From an uncultured Planctomycetota bacterium (lineage in GTDB: Bacteria; Planctomycetota; UBA11346): a stretch of 64,000 nucleotides of DNA. The stretch spans positions 8,199 to 72,198 of the forward strand of contig CAIUVD010000091.1 of NCBI GenBank assembly GCA_903902515.1. The letters are read 5' to 3'. Both the position numbers and the translations under genes were made by a program. Below the pieces are notes generated by a model. It ran no database searches. It was given only the letters and a program-made list of their open reading frames with translations, and was not told where the DNA came from. Shown in pieces: positions 1-8,800 of this stretch (the first letter of the stretch is position 1; each line of letters opens with the position of its first letter).

Positions 1-694
1 TGCGGTCGCCTACCTGGTCGGGATCGGTGAATCCGAACAAGGGATTGTAGGTGTGGGATCCTGCGGGATTGGCGAAATCCACGCAATAGAAAGGGACTCC
101 CTCTAGCTTGGCGGCACGCTCCATCCGCTGAAGCAAGGTGGGATCGCCCTTGGGATCAATAATGATGACCGGGGCCTTCACCTTGTGGACAGCCTGCAAT
201 GCCAGCAGTTCTGCGATGCGCGTCTTCCCCCGCTTTGTCATCCCGTAGATGAGCATGTGAACATTCAGATCTGATTCATCGATGCAGACGGGCCCAATCT
301 CCCTCCACTGCACACCCTGGATGCGGTTGTCGCCCTTCGTCCGTGGATCCTGATCGACGGCATCACCATCCATGCCTCCGAGTTCGGCCAGATCCACGGC
401 ATGCCGTCGCTGCCAGGCCGCACCTTCTCCCAGGTAGAGCTGCCCGGCAGGGGCTGCGGCCAACAGTTGTGGGACGGTCATCCGTGACCAGCGGCACCGG
501 CCTAGCTCTTGCCAATGGCGATGGTCCCGCCGGACCTGACGCCAACAGCAGACTGCCACACCGGCAGAGACCATGCCCACCACCACCTGTCCGATCGGGA
601 AAGCCTGCGTGACCAAGAGCGAGCACGGCGCCACCACTGCACCGACCGTGGAGATAACCGCTGGAGCGAAAAATGTTGGGATCTGCTTAGACAT
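1..694 (-). CDS. Type IV coupling protein-like ATPase (TraD/TraG/VirD4 family), N-terminal part; gene runs off the window start
   Basis: Hand-translated minus frame (not in ORF track because truncated): MSKQIPTFFAPAVISTVGAVVAPCSLLVTQAF...two N-terminal hydrophobic helices, Walker-A-like LIYGMTKRGKT, then APVIIIDPKGD ~25 aa later (matches the recalled V-DP-GD signature of TraD/VirD4 coupling proteins). ATG at 692-694, 3 nt after the upstream 4-TM ORF stop. Confidence 0.55.
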   Translation of the reverse strand, partial: MSKQIPTFFAPAVISTVGAVVAPCSLLVTQAFPIGQVVVGMVSAGVAVCCWRQVRRDHRHWQELGRCRWSRMTVPQLLAAAPAGQLYLGEGAAWQRRHAVDLAELGGMDGDAVDQDPRTKGDNRIQGVQWREIGPVCIDESDLNVHMLIYGMTKRGKTRIAELLALQAVHKVKAPVIIIDPKGDPTLLQRMERAAKLEGVPFYCVDFANPAGSHTYNPLFGFTDPDQVGDR

Positions 695-697
695 GGG

Positions 698-1345
698 TCA
701 CATCCTCGCCGCGGTCGCGGCACGCAGGGGATACAGCAGGGCTACGACCAGCAGGACAGCAGGTAGGAGCCACGGGGACAAGGGCGCGGCCACCGGAGCC
801 GAAATCAGCACTCCCATGAGGCACATGGTCATGCCTGCCATCCAGGCCCAGGTCACCCGCTGGGCATCGGTCGCCGGCTCACCACGTCGGAACAGGAGCC
901 AGGATTGGCGGCGACCGAGCAGCCACGCGACCAGCAGCTGCGGACTCGACGCCAGCAAAACGGCCAGGAAAACGTTCCCCCTGAGTCCAACGAGCACCAA
1001 CCAGGGCCTCACCGACCTTATTATCCTGTCATGAAGGGTCTCGCATGAGACCGTCAGGGCTACGAACAGATCGTGGGATTTTTCCTTGGCCTTATCCGGC
1101 AATGGCGTGGATTCTCGCCGCCTGGCCCAAGCTTGCGCAAAGGCTTGCTGACCCGGGCAGGCCATCGCAAAGGCCACCTCCGCCGAAATGGACCGTTCCA
1201 CTGCGTCATCTGGTAGCCCACATAGCCTCCGACCCTCGGGCAGCGCCATCACGATCCCGGCCATGAGGCCGACCAGGAGGAAAGACAGCGAATAGAGGCA
1301 TAGCCTCAACAGATACACGGCTTCGGTCATGGCTAGCGATCCCAA
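698..1345 (-). CDS. Hypothetical polytopic membrane protein (about 4 TM) between relaxase and T4CP genes
   Basis: 215-aa ORF with several long hydrophobic stretches. Tightly packed: overlaps relaxase stop and ends 3 nt before the T4CP start. Start may be the internal Met (MTEAVYLL, about 1330). Confidence 0.4.
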   Translation of the reverse strand: MGSLAMTEAVYLLRLCLYSLSFLLVGLMAGIVMALPEGRRLCGLPDDAVERSISAEVAFAMACPGQQAFAQAWARRRESTPLPDKAKEKSHDLFVALTVSCETLHDRIIRSVRPWLVLVGLRGNVFLAVLLASSPQLLVAWLLGRRQSWLLFRRGEPATDAQRVTWAWMAGMTMCLMGVLISAPVAAPLSPWLLPAVLLVVALLYPLRAATAARM

Positions 1346-2226
1346 TGCGGGTGATGGTTTCGGTGGCGCTCGTTTTGAGGTACTTCCAGCCGTCCGAGGT
1401 CATCATGGCCCTTGAACCCAAGGCGATCAGCACGCCAGCGCTCACCGTTGGACTTGCCGATATAATACCGAGGCCTTCCGCAGTTAGAGTGCTCGCGATA
1501 CAGGCAGAGCCCTGATTCAGCGAGGGCACTGGCATAGCCCTCGACGGACAGCTGGGTCGGAGGAAGTCCATCGAGGATAACCCGAGCATCCCGAGCGACT
1601 GTGTCTTTAACGGTCACCCGATCCCGTTGATGAGCCACATACCCCGTCCGGTCGGTAGGCCGAATACGAGGGCGAGATGGCTGGTGTTCACGATCTGGCA
1701 ATGACGCCAAGCCGAACCTACGTTCGAGATCTCGATCGATGCCGGGGGCGGCACGATGGCTGTGCTTGGCATGGTAGACATAGCCATCTCTGTTAACCCG
1801 AATGGCCACCAGGTGGTCGTGTGGATTGGCCTTCCCGTCTGCCGCCCGATGAGCGACCACCACAAAATCCCATTGGTCGACATCTGGCTTGGGGAAGGGA
1901 TCCAAGCCTCGCTTAACTCGTTGTTTGTTGAGCTTGGCCCAGTCGTCCTCCAGGTGGCTGCGCATGACCTCGCGGGCGACCTCGCCGCGGCGCTCTGCCG
2001 TCAGGCCCGCGTCCATGTCAGCCTGCTGGTAACTGATCGACCAATGCAGCACTGGATGGGAGAGGTGGGCAGCTGCGGCACGACTGGCAGCGAACTCCCG
2101 AGCCAATTCCCGGGCACTCCTCCCGCTCATCGTGCCGCCCACAATTTCCGGGGCCTGATCCTTCCTAAAACAGTAGTCCAGGAGCTGCCTAACACTCTTC
2201 CCGCCTCGATGCTGCTTGGTGATCAT
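1333..2226 (-). CDS. Relaxase / mobilization nuclease (MobA/VirD2-type, Relaxase family)
   Basis: N-term MITKQHRGGKSVRQLLDYCFRK is a typical relaxase start. NPHDHLVAIRVNRDG fits the relaxase HxDxxxHxH-type metal-binding motif. Start chosen at MITKQ (2226), overlapping the mobC stop; the longer ORF in the track (to 2238) is probably an over-extension. Confidence 0.7.
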   Translation of the reverse strand: MITKQHRGGKSVRQLLDYCFRKDQAPEIVGGTMSGRSARELAREFAASRAAAAHLSHPVLHWSISYQQADMDAGLTAERRGEVAREVMRSHLEDDWAKLNKQRVKRGLDPFPKPDVDQWDFVVVAHRAADGKANPHDHLVAIRVNRDGYVYHAKHSHRAAPGIDRDLERRFGLASLPDREHQPSRPRIRPTDRTGYVAHQRDRVTVKDTVARDARVILDGLPPTQLSVEGYASALAESGLCLYREHSNCGRPRYYIGKSNGERWRADRLGFKGHDDLGRLEVPQNERHRNHHPHWDR

Positions 2227-2669
2227 CAGACATCCCAAGATCCCGGTTTTTCTGAAGGATGGGGCTTGGGTTGCAAGACCGCCTCGACCTGCGCAGGGAT
2301 GCCGGCGAATCGGTCCGTGAAGGGTTGGCCAGGATCCTGGCCGACCAGTCTTCGGCGCAGTTGGATCACAGCCCGGGAGGCCTCGCGCACGGTCTCCCAG
2401 TCGGCTTCGTGACCCTGTCCCCCGTTGATGCGCTTGAGGGCCTGATTGAGGTTCGCCCCGATCCCCCTGAGCTGGGCGTTCGTGTCCTGGTCAATCCGGG
2501 CCGGGGGCGGGCTGACCTGGACCTCGAACACAACATCGCGAATCCAGGCACCGAGCGTGGCGTAGCCCGCTATAGCAGCCTTGGTATTAAGGTCGGCCAG
2601 CTCAGCGTCATTGACACCGAAGCCGGCGGTTTTCTTGCGGGGATTTCGGTCACGAACGATACGGGGCAT
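2226..2669 (-). CDS. mobC: MobC-family relaxosome accessory protein
   Basis: 147 aa, LRGIGANLNQALKRIN is the conserved MobC motif; lies immediately upstream of the relaxase gene on the same strand. Confidence 0.7.
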   Translation of the reverse strand: MPRIVRDRNPRKKTAGFGVNDAELADLNTKAAIAGYATLGAWIRDVVFEVQVSPPPARIDQDTNAQLRGIGANLNQALKRINGGQGHEADWETVREASRAVIQLRRRLVGQDPGQPFTDRFAGIPAQVEAVLQPKPHPSEKPGSWDV

Positions 2670-2840
2670 CTGTCAAAGGCCTGCAATGAACCAGCGCTGG
2701 TACTGCCACCGCTGGTTGGGGGTGATCGAGCCGGGGAATTTGCTCAACCAGGGGGATGCAAGGGGCGGCGAAGCCCCCTTGCCAAGCGCACCGACAAGCA
2801 GAGCCGTTAGGCTTAAGCTTGAGCGGTGCACAGCTTGCTC

Positions 2841-2997
2841 GCCTTCACGACGACGCCTGACCACTCGACCGGTCTGGACGCGCGGTGGCGTAGCGACGGC
2901 AGCCCACGACAGGCGCCTTTGGCGCATGCCGTGGGCTGCCGAGCGGAGACACCGCTGCGGACAGGACGGGAGAGTGGTCAGGCGTCGTCGTGAAGGC
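2841..2997. repeat. Large nested palindrome: perfect 26-bp arms (2841-2866 / 2972-2997) enclosing a perfect 12-bp inverted repeat (2897-2908 / 2930-2941) on the same centre (~2919). Candidate oriT or cruciform
   Basis: GCCTTCACGACGACGCCTGACCACTC and its exact reverse complement GAGTGGTCAGGCGTCGTCGTGAAGGC; inner CGGCAGCCCACG / CGTGGGCTGCCG around GGCGCCTTTGGCGC; directly upstream of mobC. Confidence 0.4.
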
Positions 2998-3037
2998 AGC
3001 CTACCCGTTGCCGTTGCCTGGAGCTTGAGCCGAACGC

Positions 3038-3385
3038 TCATGGCGCTTGATCATCGAGCTGAGGTGCGCGTTGCGGTGACGGCAACTGCGGCCCATCGTC
3101 CAATCCGGTGATGACAACAGGCTCGTCATCACCGGATTTTGCTGGACGAATTCTCGTGGATATCCACCGAGCAACGTAAGCCAGGGACTCAGCCTGCGAA
3201 ACGGCCTCAGCGAGGATCTCATCGTGCTGCTGCCGTCGCCGCTGTCCCAATGACTGCTGCGCACTGGCGAGATCTTTGGCCAGACCTGCAGACAGGGTGT
3301 TGATCAGGCCGAGCGCTACGCCGATGGTTGCGCGAGTGCCAGGGATGTCAGGAGCCAGAACGGCGCGAAGGATGGACGGTCGCAT
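3038..3385 (-). CDS. Hypothetical protein downstream of the integrase (possible recombination directionality or regulatory factor)
   Basis: 115-aa ORF, island-like codon usage (lower GC3 than chromosomal genes), no recognisable motif. Confidence 0.3.
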   Translation of the reverse strand: MRPSILRAVLAPDIPGTRATIGVALGLINTLSAGLAKDLASAQQSLGQRRRQQHDEILAEAVSQAESLAYVARWISTRIRPAKSGDDEPVVITGLDDGPQLPSPQRAPQLDDQAP

Positions 3386-3466
3386 AATGGCTGCCTAGCC
3401 TATGACCGGCTCAGACTCTCGCTGATCATTTTAGACTTCCCGTGACTTCCCCAGACTTCTTAAGGA

Positions 3467-4645
3467 TTAAGCCGTCGCCACTACCTCCTGGATTGGCTGC
3501 CGCTGAGCTGCACTTGCCGGCGCTAATTGACGCAAAATGAATGCCCCCCGCGGCCACTCTGAGACCGCGTGACGAAAGATCATTTGCTGACGAGAGTAAC
3601 CTTGGGTCGTCAACAACGACTCATGTCCGGCCCACGCAGCGACCTGGATAGCGTTGACGTCGGCGGCAAGCAGCATGGAAATCCAGGTGTGCCTTGTGCT
3701 ATGAGGAGTTCGGCCTTGAGGATCTACTCCACAGCGCTTCAGATACGACTTAAAGCGGAGTCCATGGCGCTTCCCGTCACAGTCACGGTCGTCGGGATCC
3801 GCCGCAATAAAGCCCGACAGCTTTGCGCGAGCACGGAGGATCTCAGCCAACTCCTCCTGTAGGGGAAGGAACCGCTCTTTGCCTCGTTTCAGTTTATAGA
3901 CCCCTGGTTGATGGCAGACCTCAATAACCTTGGCCTCCCAACGGATATCAGACCAGCGCAGGTGCATCGCCTCACCAATCCGACATCCCGTGTATGCGAG
4001 CAAGGCAAAACGCAGGAAATAGGGATCGGACTCTCGATCGCGTGCCAGAAGAGCCCGCAACTCGTCCACATTGAAGACGGCTTTATTCTTCTGAATCACC
4101 GTTGTCCGCTTGATGCCCGCGATCGGATTGAAGGTCAGACGCCTTGTGTTGATAGCATGGCGGACCACCGAACGAATCTCCTGGAGCCAACGATTGCGCG
4201 TGTGAGCCGTTACGGTCAGCACATCGATCCGGTCTTCGGCAAAAGTCTTGCCCGAATCAAGGAACCGGCGGACCAGGGACGGGAAGATCGGAGACTTCAT
4301 GTCCCTAGCCCCAAGGTCTGCAAGGGCCTGGATCAGGCGCTCGTGCTCGCGGACGTAGGGCTCTGAGCGTTGTGCCGACCTCAAATTTTCGACCAGTTCC
4401 ATTCCGACCGTGCGCCAGTCGGCATCTGTGGCCGAATCCAACCCAGTCGTGAAACGGGCACTGGTCATCTGGCCCCAGCGGCGGGCATCGGCTATCTGCC
4501 CATCTGCAAAGGAACGGCTCACCCGCCGATTGGTCGTGGGATCCCGAACCTGGACTTCATAGCGAGCCCCTTCCCGAATTCCGCGTTTTTTCCAGATGTC
4601 CCGGATAATGACGCCTCGGATTCCTGAGTTGGCGAGCTTGGGCAT
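3467..4645 (-). CDS. int: Tyrosine site-specific integrase (phage integrase family)
   Basis: LLAYTGCRIGE (catalytic Arg box I) and HSTRHTW (box II His-x-x-Arg) plus the C-terminal Tyr region. True start taken as MPKLANSG (4645). The longer ORF in the track runs through the att repeat (DLGLEPRT reads a tRNA T-arm) and is an artefact. Confidence 0.85.
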   Translation of the reverse strand: MPKLANSGIRGVIIRDIWKKRGIREGARYEVQVRDPTTNRRVSRSFADGQIADARRWGQMTSARFTTGLDSATDADWRTVGMELVENLRSAQRSEPYVREHERLIQALADLGARDMKSPIFPSLVRRFLDSGKTFAEDRIDVLTVTAHTRNRWLQEIRSVVRHAINTRRLTFNPIAGIKRTTVIQKNKAVFNVDELRALLARDRESDPYFLRFALLAYTGCRIGEAMHLRWSDIRWEAKVIEVCHQPGVYKLKRGKERFLPLQEELAEILRARAKLSGFIAADPDDRDCDGKRHGLRFKSYLKRCGVDPQGRTPHSTRHTWISMLLAADVNAIQVAAWAGHESLLTTQGYSRQQMIFRHAVSEWPRGAFILRQLAPASAAQRQPIQEVVATA

Positions 4646-4847
4646 GGGATCGTCCTTAAGGGTAGGGCCGTGGATAGGCCGTGGATAGCTCAGTGTCCCA
4701 CCATAGACCACCATCCCGAGGAATTTCTGAGGTCCGCTCGGGATCGCAGCCAGTGGGGGCCGTCGGCCATTATAGCCGACTGAACAATGACTTAACGTCA
4801 TTTTATCGATCCTCAGCGATCCCCTGCAATCCCCCGTGTCGTGAATT

Positions 4848-4890
4848 CTTAATCCCTGGGTCCTAGGTTCGAGTCCTAGATCGCGCACCA
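4848..4890 (+). repeat. att-like repeat copy 1: tRNA 3'-end-like fragment (T-stem CTAGG/CCTAG, T-loop TTCGAGT, 7-nt acceptor 3' strand, discriminator A, CCA). No 5' half present
   Basis: CTTAATCCCTGGGTCCTAGGTTCGAGTCCTAGATCGcgcacca. No complementary acceptor 5' strand (GCGCGAT) within 90 nt upstream, so not a complete tRNA. 34/36 identical to 15164-15199. Confidence 0.6.
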
Positions 4891-4896
4891 TGATAA

Positions 4897-4935
4897 GCCC
4901 CTGCAATCTAAGTGGTTGCAGGGGCTTTGTGTTTT
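4897..4935 (+). terminator. Rho-independent terminator (10-bp perfect stem, 9-nt loop, T-rich tail) immediately after the tRNA-like att copy
   Basis: GCCCCTGCAA tctaagtgg TTGCAGGGGC TTTGTGTTTT. Confidence 0.6.
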
Positions 4936-5144
4936 GGGGGTTTGATGGTGTTTTTCACTGGGCTAGCCCCGGGGATCATTCCTTAAAATGACGAAAGCCA
5001 CCCATACAGGTGGCCACGCATCCCCGATGCCGCGAGGAGCCAGAGGCGTTTTTTAGGGGAAATCTAGACCATACTGGACCAAAGCTGCTGAATAACACAG
5101 CGACGAAACCGACAAAGATAATCTATATAGCTTAGGCATTCAGA

Positions 5145-5855
5145 TTATACTTCACCAAGCGCGTTCAGCCGCTTCTTACGATCTTCCCAATCCGGCATTA
5201 ATCGCTGCAATAATCGCCAAAATTTTGGTGAATGGTTGTGTTCTGCGAGATGGCAGAGCTCATGCATCACCACGTAGTCGATGCACTCGCGGGAGGCCTT
5301 GAGGAGCTCCAGATTGAGAATGATCCGACCAGCCGGGGTGCAACTCCCCCAGCGGTGGGTCATGCGACGGACGAGCAGGGTGGGGAGAGGGATGCCTTCC
5401 ACTGCTGCCAGTCGATGGCAAGCCTTCAAGCGCTCTGCGAACACCTCTCCAGCTCGATCTGCATACCACGTCCGCACCAGGTGGCCGAGAACGGCCGGAG
5501 ACGGGTGATCGGGCGTCGTGACGTCCAAATACCCGCGCCGCAGAACAACTCCCGCGATCGGCCCGGGAATGGCCCGCAGGCGGTATTGCCGCCCCAGGTA
5601 ACGGTGCGTTTCGCCCGGGACATACTCCCGGGGAGACTGAAGGGGGTGGAAACACTCAAATTCACGCCACGCCTGCCGGATCCACGCACCCCGCTTGCAG
5701 ACTTTGGCCCGGATGCGCTCCAACGGTGTTCCGATGGGCGCGGTCACCTCGACGGCCAGGTCGGGCCGGACCGTGATGGCGAGGGTCTTGGCCGGTCCAA
5801 ACCGGTAATGGTAGGGGATCTCGGTAGAGCCCCAGACCACGCGATCGGCCAGCAT
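5145..5855 (-). CDS. M48-family / DUF45 (YgjP-like) zinc metallopeptidase of the kind commonly linked to type I R-M loci
   Basis: HELCHLAEHNH (HExxH) near the C-terminus. N-term IPYHYRFGPAKTLAITVRPDLAVEVTAP resembles YgjP/DUF45. Start at MLADRV (5855) overlaps the hsdR stop (5857). Confidence 0.7.
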   Translation of the reverse strand: MLADRVVWGSTEIPYHYRFGPAKTLAITVRPDLAVEVTAPIGTPLERIRAKVCKRGAWIRQAWREFECFHPLQSPREYVPGETHRYLGRQYRLRAIPGPIAGVVLRRGYLDVTTPDHPSPAVLGHLVRTWYADRAGEVFAERLKACHRLAAVEGIPLPTLLVRRMTHRWGSCTPAGRIILNLELLKASRECIDYVVMHELCHLAEHNHSPKFWRLLQRLMPDWEDRKKRLNALGEV

Positions 5856-5856
5856 C

Positions 5857-8800
5857 TCAGCCTCCCGCCTGCTTCTTGAGGGTGGACACCACCTGCGCCA
5901 AGAGCTGGTCGATCTCGGCCGTCGTCCAACCGATCCCATGTGCTGAGCGCAGGTCAAACAGGGCATCATCGACCGCATTCTCGACGTCCTTGATCAGGTC
6001 TGGACTGTGGACCCAGTCGACGATGCGAACCTTGGGTTGCACCCGCTCCTCGATCTCCAAGGCGAGCGTTGATGCGAGTTGGCGAAGGTCGACCCCGCTC
6101 CCCACCTCTTGGGCGCGGCTCTTGGTAACCTCAACCTGCTCCAGAGCGGTCCCCATCAGGCCGAAGAACGCTCGTGCAGCCCGGTGGCGTTCACCTTCCA
6201 ACTCAATCGGTAGCTCGTCCGCGTGCCCTTGGCGCACCTGGGCGAGGTAGACCTCAACCTTCTTCAGGTATTCCAGTTCACTGATGCGTTCATGGCGGTA
6301 ATCGTCAATGGTTTGTTGCACCAACTTAGCAAAACGACCGTAAAATTCTTCGTCCTCCCCCATCTTCTCGCGGCAGGTTTTGGCCAGTCGGCTGGCGATG
6401 GTGTCAGCCTTCGACGCCGCGCTCTCGTGGGTCGCCACTTCTTGGTCCATTGCCTTCACGTCGAAGAGGCTGAATTCCGGGGTGATGATCTTCACCTCTG
6501 GAGCCTGAATGTGGTCGTCCAACAGCTTGCGGATTTGTTTTTCGTATTGGCTGTAGTCCACCCGGTCGCCGTACCTGCTCTGGACCGAGGTTCGCAGGCC
6601 GATGAAGCGCTTGAAATCCCGTTTAAAAACCTCCAGCCGTTCGCGCGGCACCAGGGCGTAGACCTGCTCGGATGCCAGGGCCGTGGCTAGGGTCTTTTGG
6701 AAGGTCCGCAGGGTCGCGTAGAAGGACTCTCGGCGATCCTCAGGTGCAAGGTGCCGCTCCATTGCTTCATTGTCGAGCTGGTTGCAGACCTCTTTGAAGA
6801 TCGCCCAGACATCGCTGTGGTGCTGTGGCAGGTCGGCGATCACCGAGCTGACGTCAGTCACCGCCCCGCCCAGGTCGACGTCGTTCTGATCGAAGCCCGC
6901 CAGGGCATCGTATGTCTTCATCGAGGCGTTGAGCTCACCAAGCACCCCACGGTAGTCCACGATCAGGCCATGATCCTTGCCCGGGAACAGCCGGTTCACG
7001 CGTGCGATCGCCTGGAGGATGTTGTGCTCCTTGAGCGGCTTATCGATGTACAGCACGGCATTACGCGGCTCATCGAACCCGGTCAGCAACTTGTCGACCA
7101 CGATCAAGATCTCGACGTCGCTGTCTTCCTGCCCGAAGGCGGCCTTGAGCTGGCGGTTGTAGACATCCTCCGTCTTGAACCGCTTCATCATCTCGGCCCA
7201 GAACTGGCCAACCAGGGATTCATCCTCTTCGACCGCCTCGTCCTCGCCCCGAACATCCGGGGCAGACATGATCACTTCCGCCTGCACGAGGCCGAATTCC
7301 TGCATGAATTTCCGGTAGCGGATGGCGCTGGTGCGGTTGCGTGCGGCGACCTGGCCCTTGAGCCCGCGCCCCTGGAAGTTGGCTTTGAAGTGGGTGCTGA
7401 TGTCGAAGGCGATCAGCTTGATGCGTTGTTCGGCTTCACTCAGCACCTCGCGCCGCGACATCGTGCGCTTGAGGTCTGCCCGCTGCTTCTCGCTCAGGCT
7501 CGTGGTCAATCGCTCGAACCACTGATCCAGGGCCCGCTCGTTCTGCTCCAGCAAGGCCATCCGTCCCTCGTACACGAGGGGTGCCACGGCCTCGTCATCG
7601 ACGGCCTGACGCATGGTGTAGCTGTGGATGAAGCCGCCAAATTTCTGTGCGGTCTGCTTTTCCTTCTTCAGGAGAGGGGTGCCGGTGAAGGCGATGTAGC
7701 ACGCATTGGGGAACACCCGTCGCATCTTGGCGGCAAAGCCCCCATAGTTCGACCGGTGGCCTTCATCGATCATCACGAAGATGTTCGGGCTCTCATCCCG
7801 GGCCTGATTCTTGTCCATGACCGCCGCGAACTTGTTAATGATCGCGGTGATGACGCTGGCCTTGCCCTCGGTGATGAGCTTGGCCAGGTGCTCGCCCGTC
7901 CGTGCCCGTTCCGTGGTTTTGCCGCAGGCCTCAAAGGTTCGCGACAACTGAATGTCGAGGTCGTCGCGGTCGGTAACCAGCACCACACGTGGGTCGGTGA
8001 TGCCAGGGTGCAGGGCGATCGCCTTGGCCAGCATGACCATGGTTAGCGATTTTCCGGACCCCGTCGTGTGCCAGACGACCCCGCCCTCGCGTGCGCCCTC
8101 GTGGAGCGTGGTCACGCGGGCGACCGTCGCCGCCACGGCGAACCACTGCTGGTACCGGGCGACCTTGCGCACCCCAGCATCGAACACCACGGCGTCGCGG
8201 ATGAACGTCACCAAGCGATCTTGGCGCAGCATGGCCCAGAGCGTGCGGTCCTGCTCGGTTGGCAGGCGATCACCGGCCTTGGCCCGTTCCTGCCACCAGA
8301 GCCGCGCCTCACGGTAGGCGTCCACTCGCTTGGAATCGGGAGGCGCGAAGAGCTTGGCCTCGACGTCATCGGGCAGCCGCTGGTTGGCAGAGGCATGGAC
8401 CGCCTGCTCGTGCCGTCCCTCTTCCTTCCAGACGCTCCAGAATTTCAGCGGCGTCCCCACCGTGCCATAGCGGCAGGAATTCACGCTCGTCCCCAGCACC
8501 AGTTGCGCGAATTGGAAGAGGTGGGGGATGTGATCGTCCTTCTGATAGGTCACGACCTGCTTGATGGCCTTCTCGATGGCCTTGTCCCCAACGTCGCCGT
8601 CCTGGTCGCGACGTTTACATTCGATGACCACCACGGGGATGCCGTTGATGAACAGCACCAGATCAGGTCGGCAGGTCTCGTGGGAGCGCGACCGCTCGAC
8701 GGCGAACTCATCGCTGACGTGGTAGACGTTGCGCTCCGGCCGCAGCCAATCGATGAAGTGCACCTGCCGACCCTTGCGGTCGCCCTCCACTTCAACGTCG

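Noticed and set aside
4780-4890. A complete tRNA gene at att copy 1, and similarly at copy 2
   Set aside because: The T-arm, acceptor 3' strand and CCA are present, but no complementary 5' acceptor strand (GCGCGAT or GATCGAT) or D-arm/anticodon-arm can be found in the 90 nt upstream of either copy. A tmRNA 3' end was also considered, but the acceptor sequence does not fit.
3467-4906. 479-aa integrase ORF as listed, with N-terminal MQGLIMVRDLGLEPRTQGL
   Set aside because: The extension reads through the tRNA-like repeat (DLGLEPRT is a translated T-arm). The conserved integrase N-terminus starts at MPKLANSG (4645).
6697-8046. 449-aa plus-strand ORF and other long ORFs inside hsdR
   Set aside because: Antisense to a well-supported hsdR gene; typical spurious ORF in GC-rich DNA.
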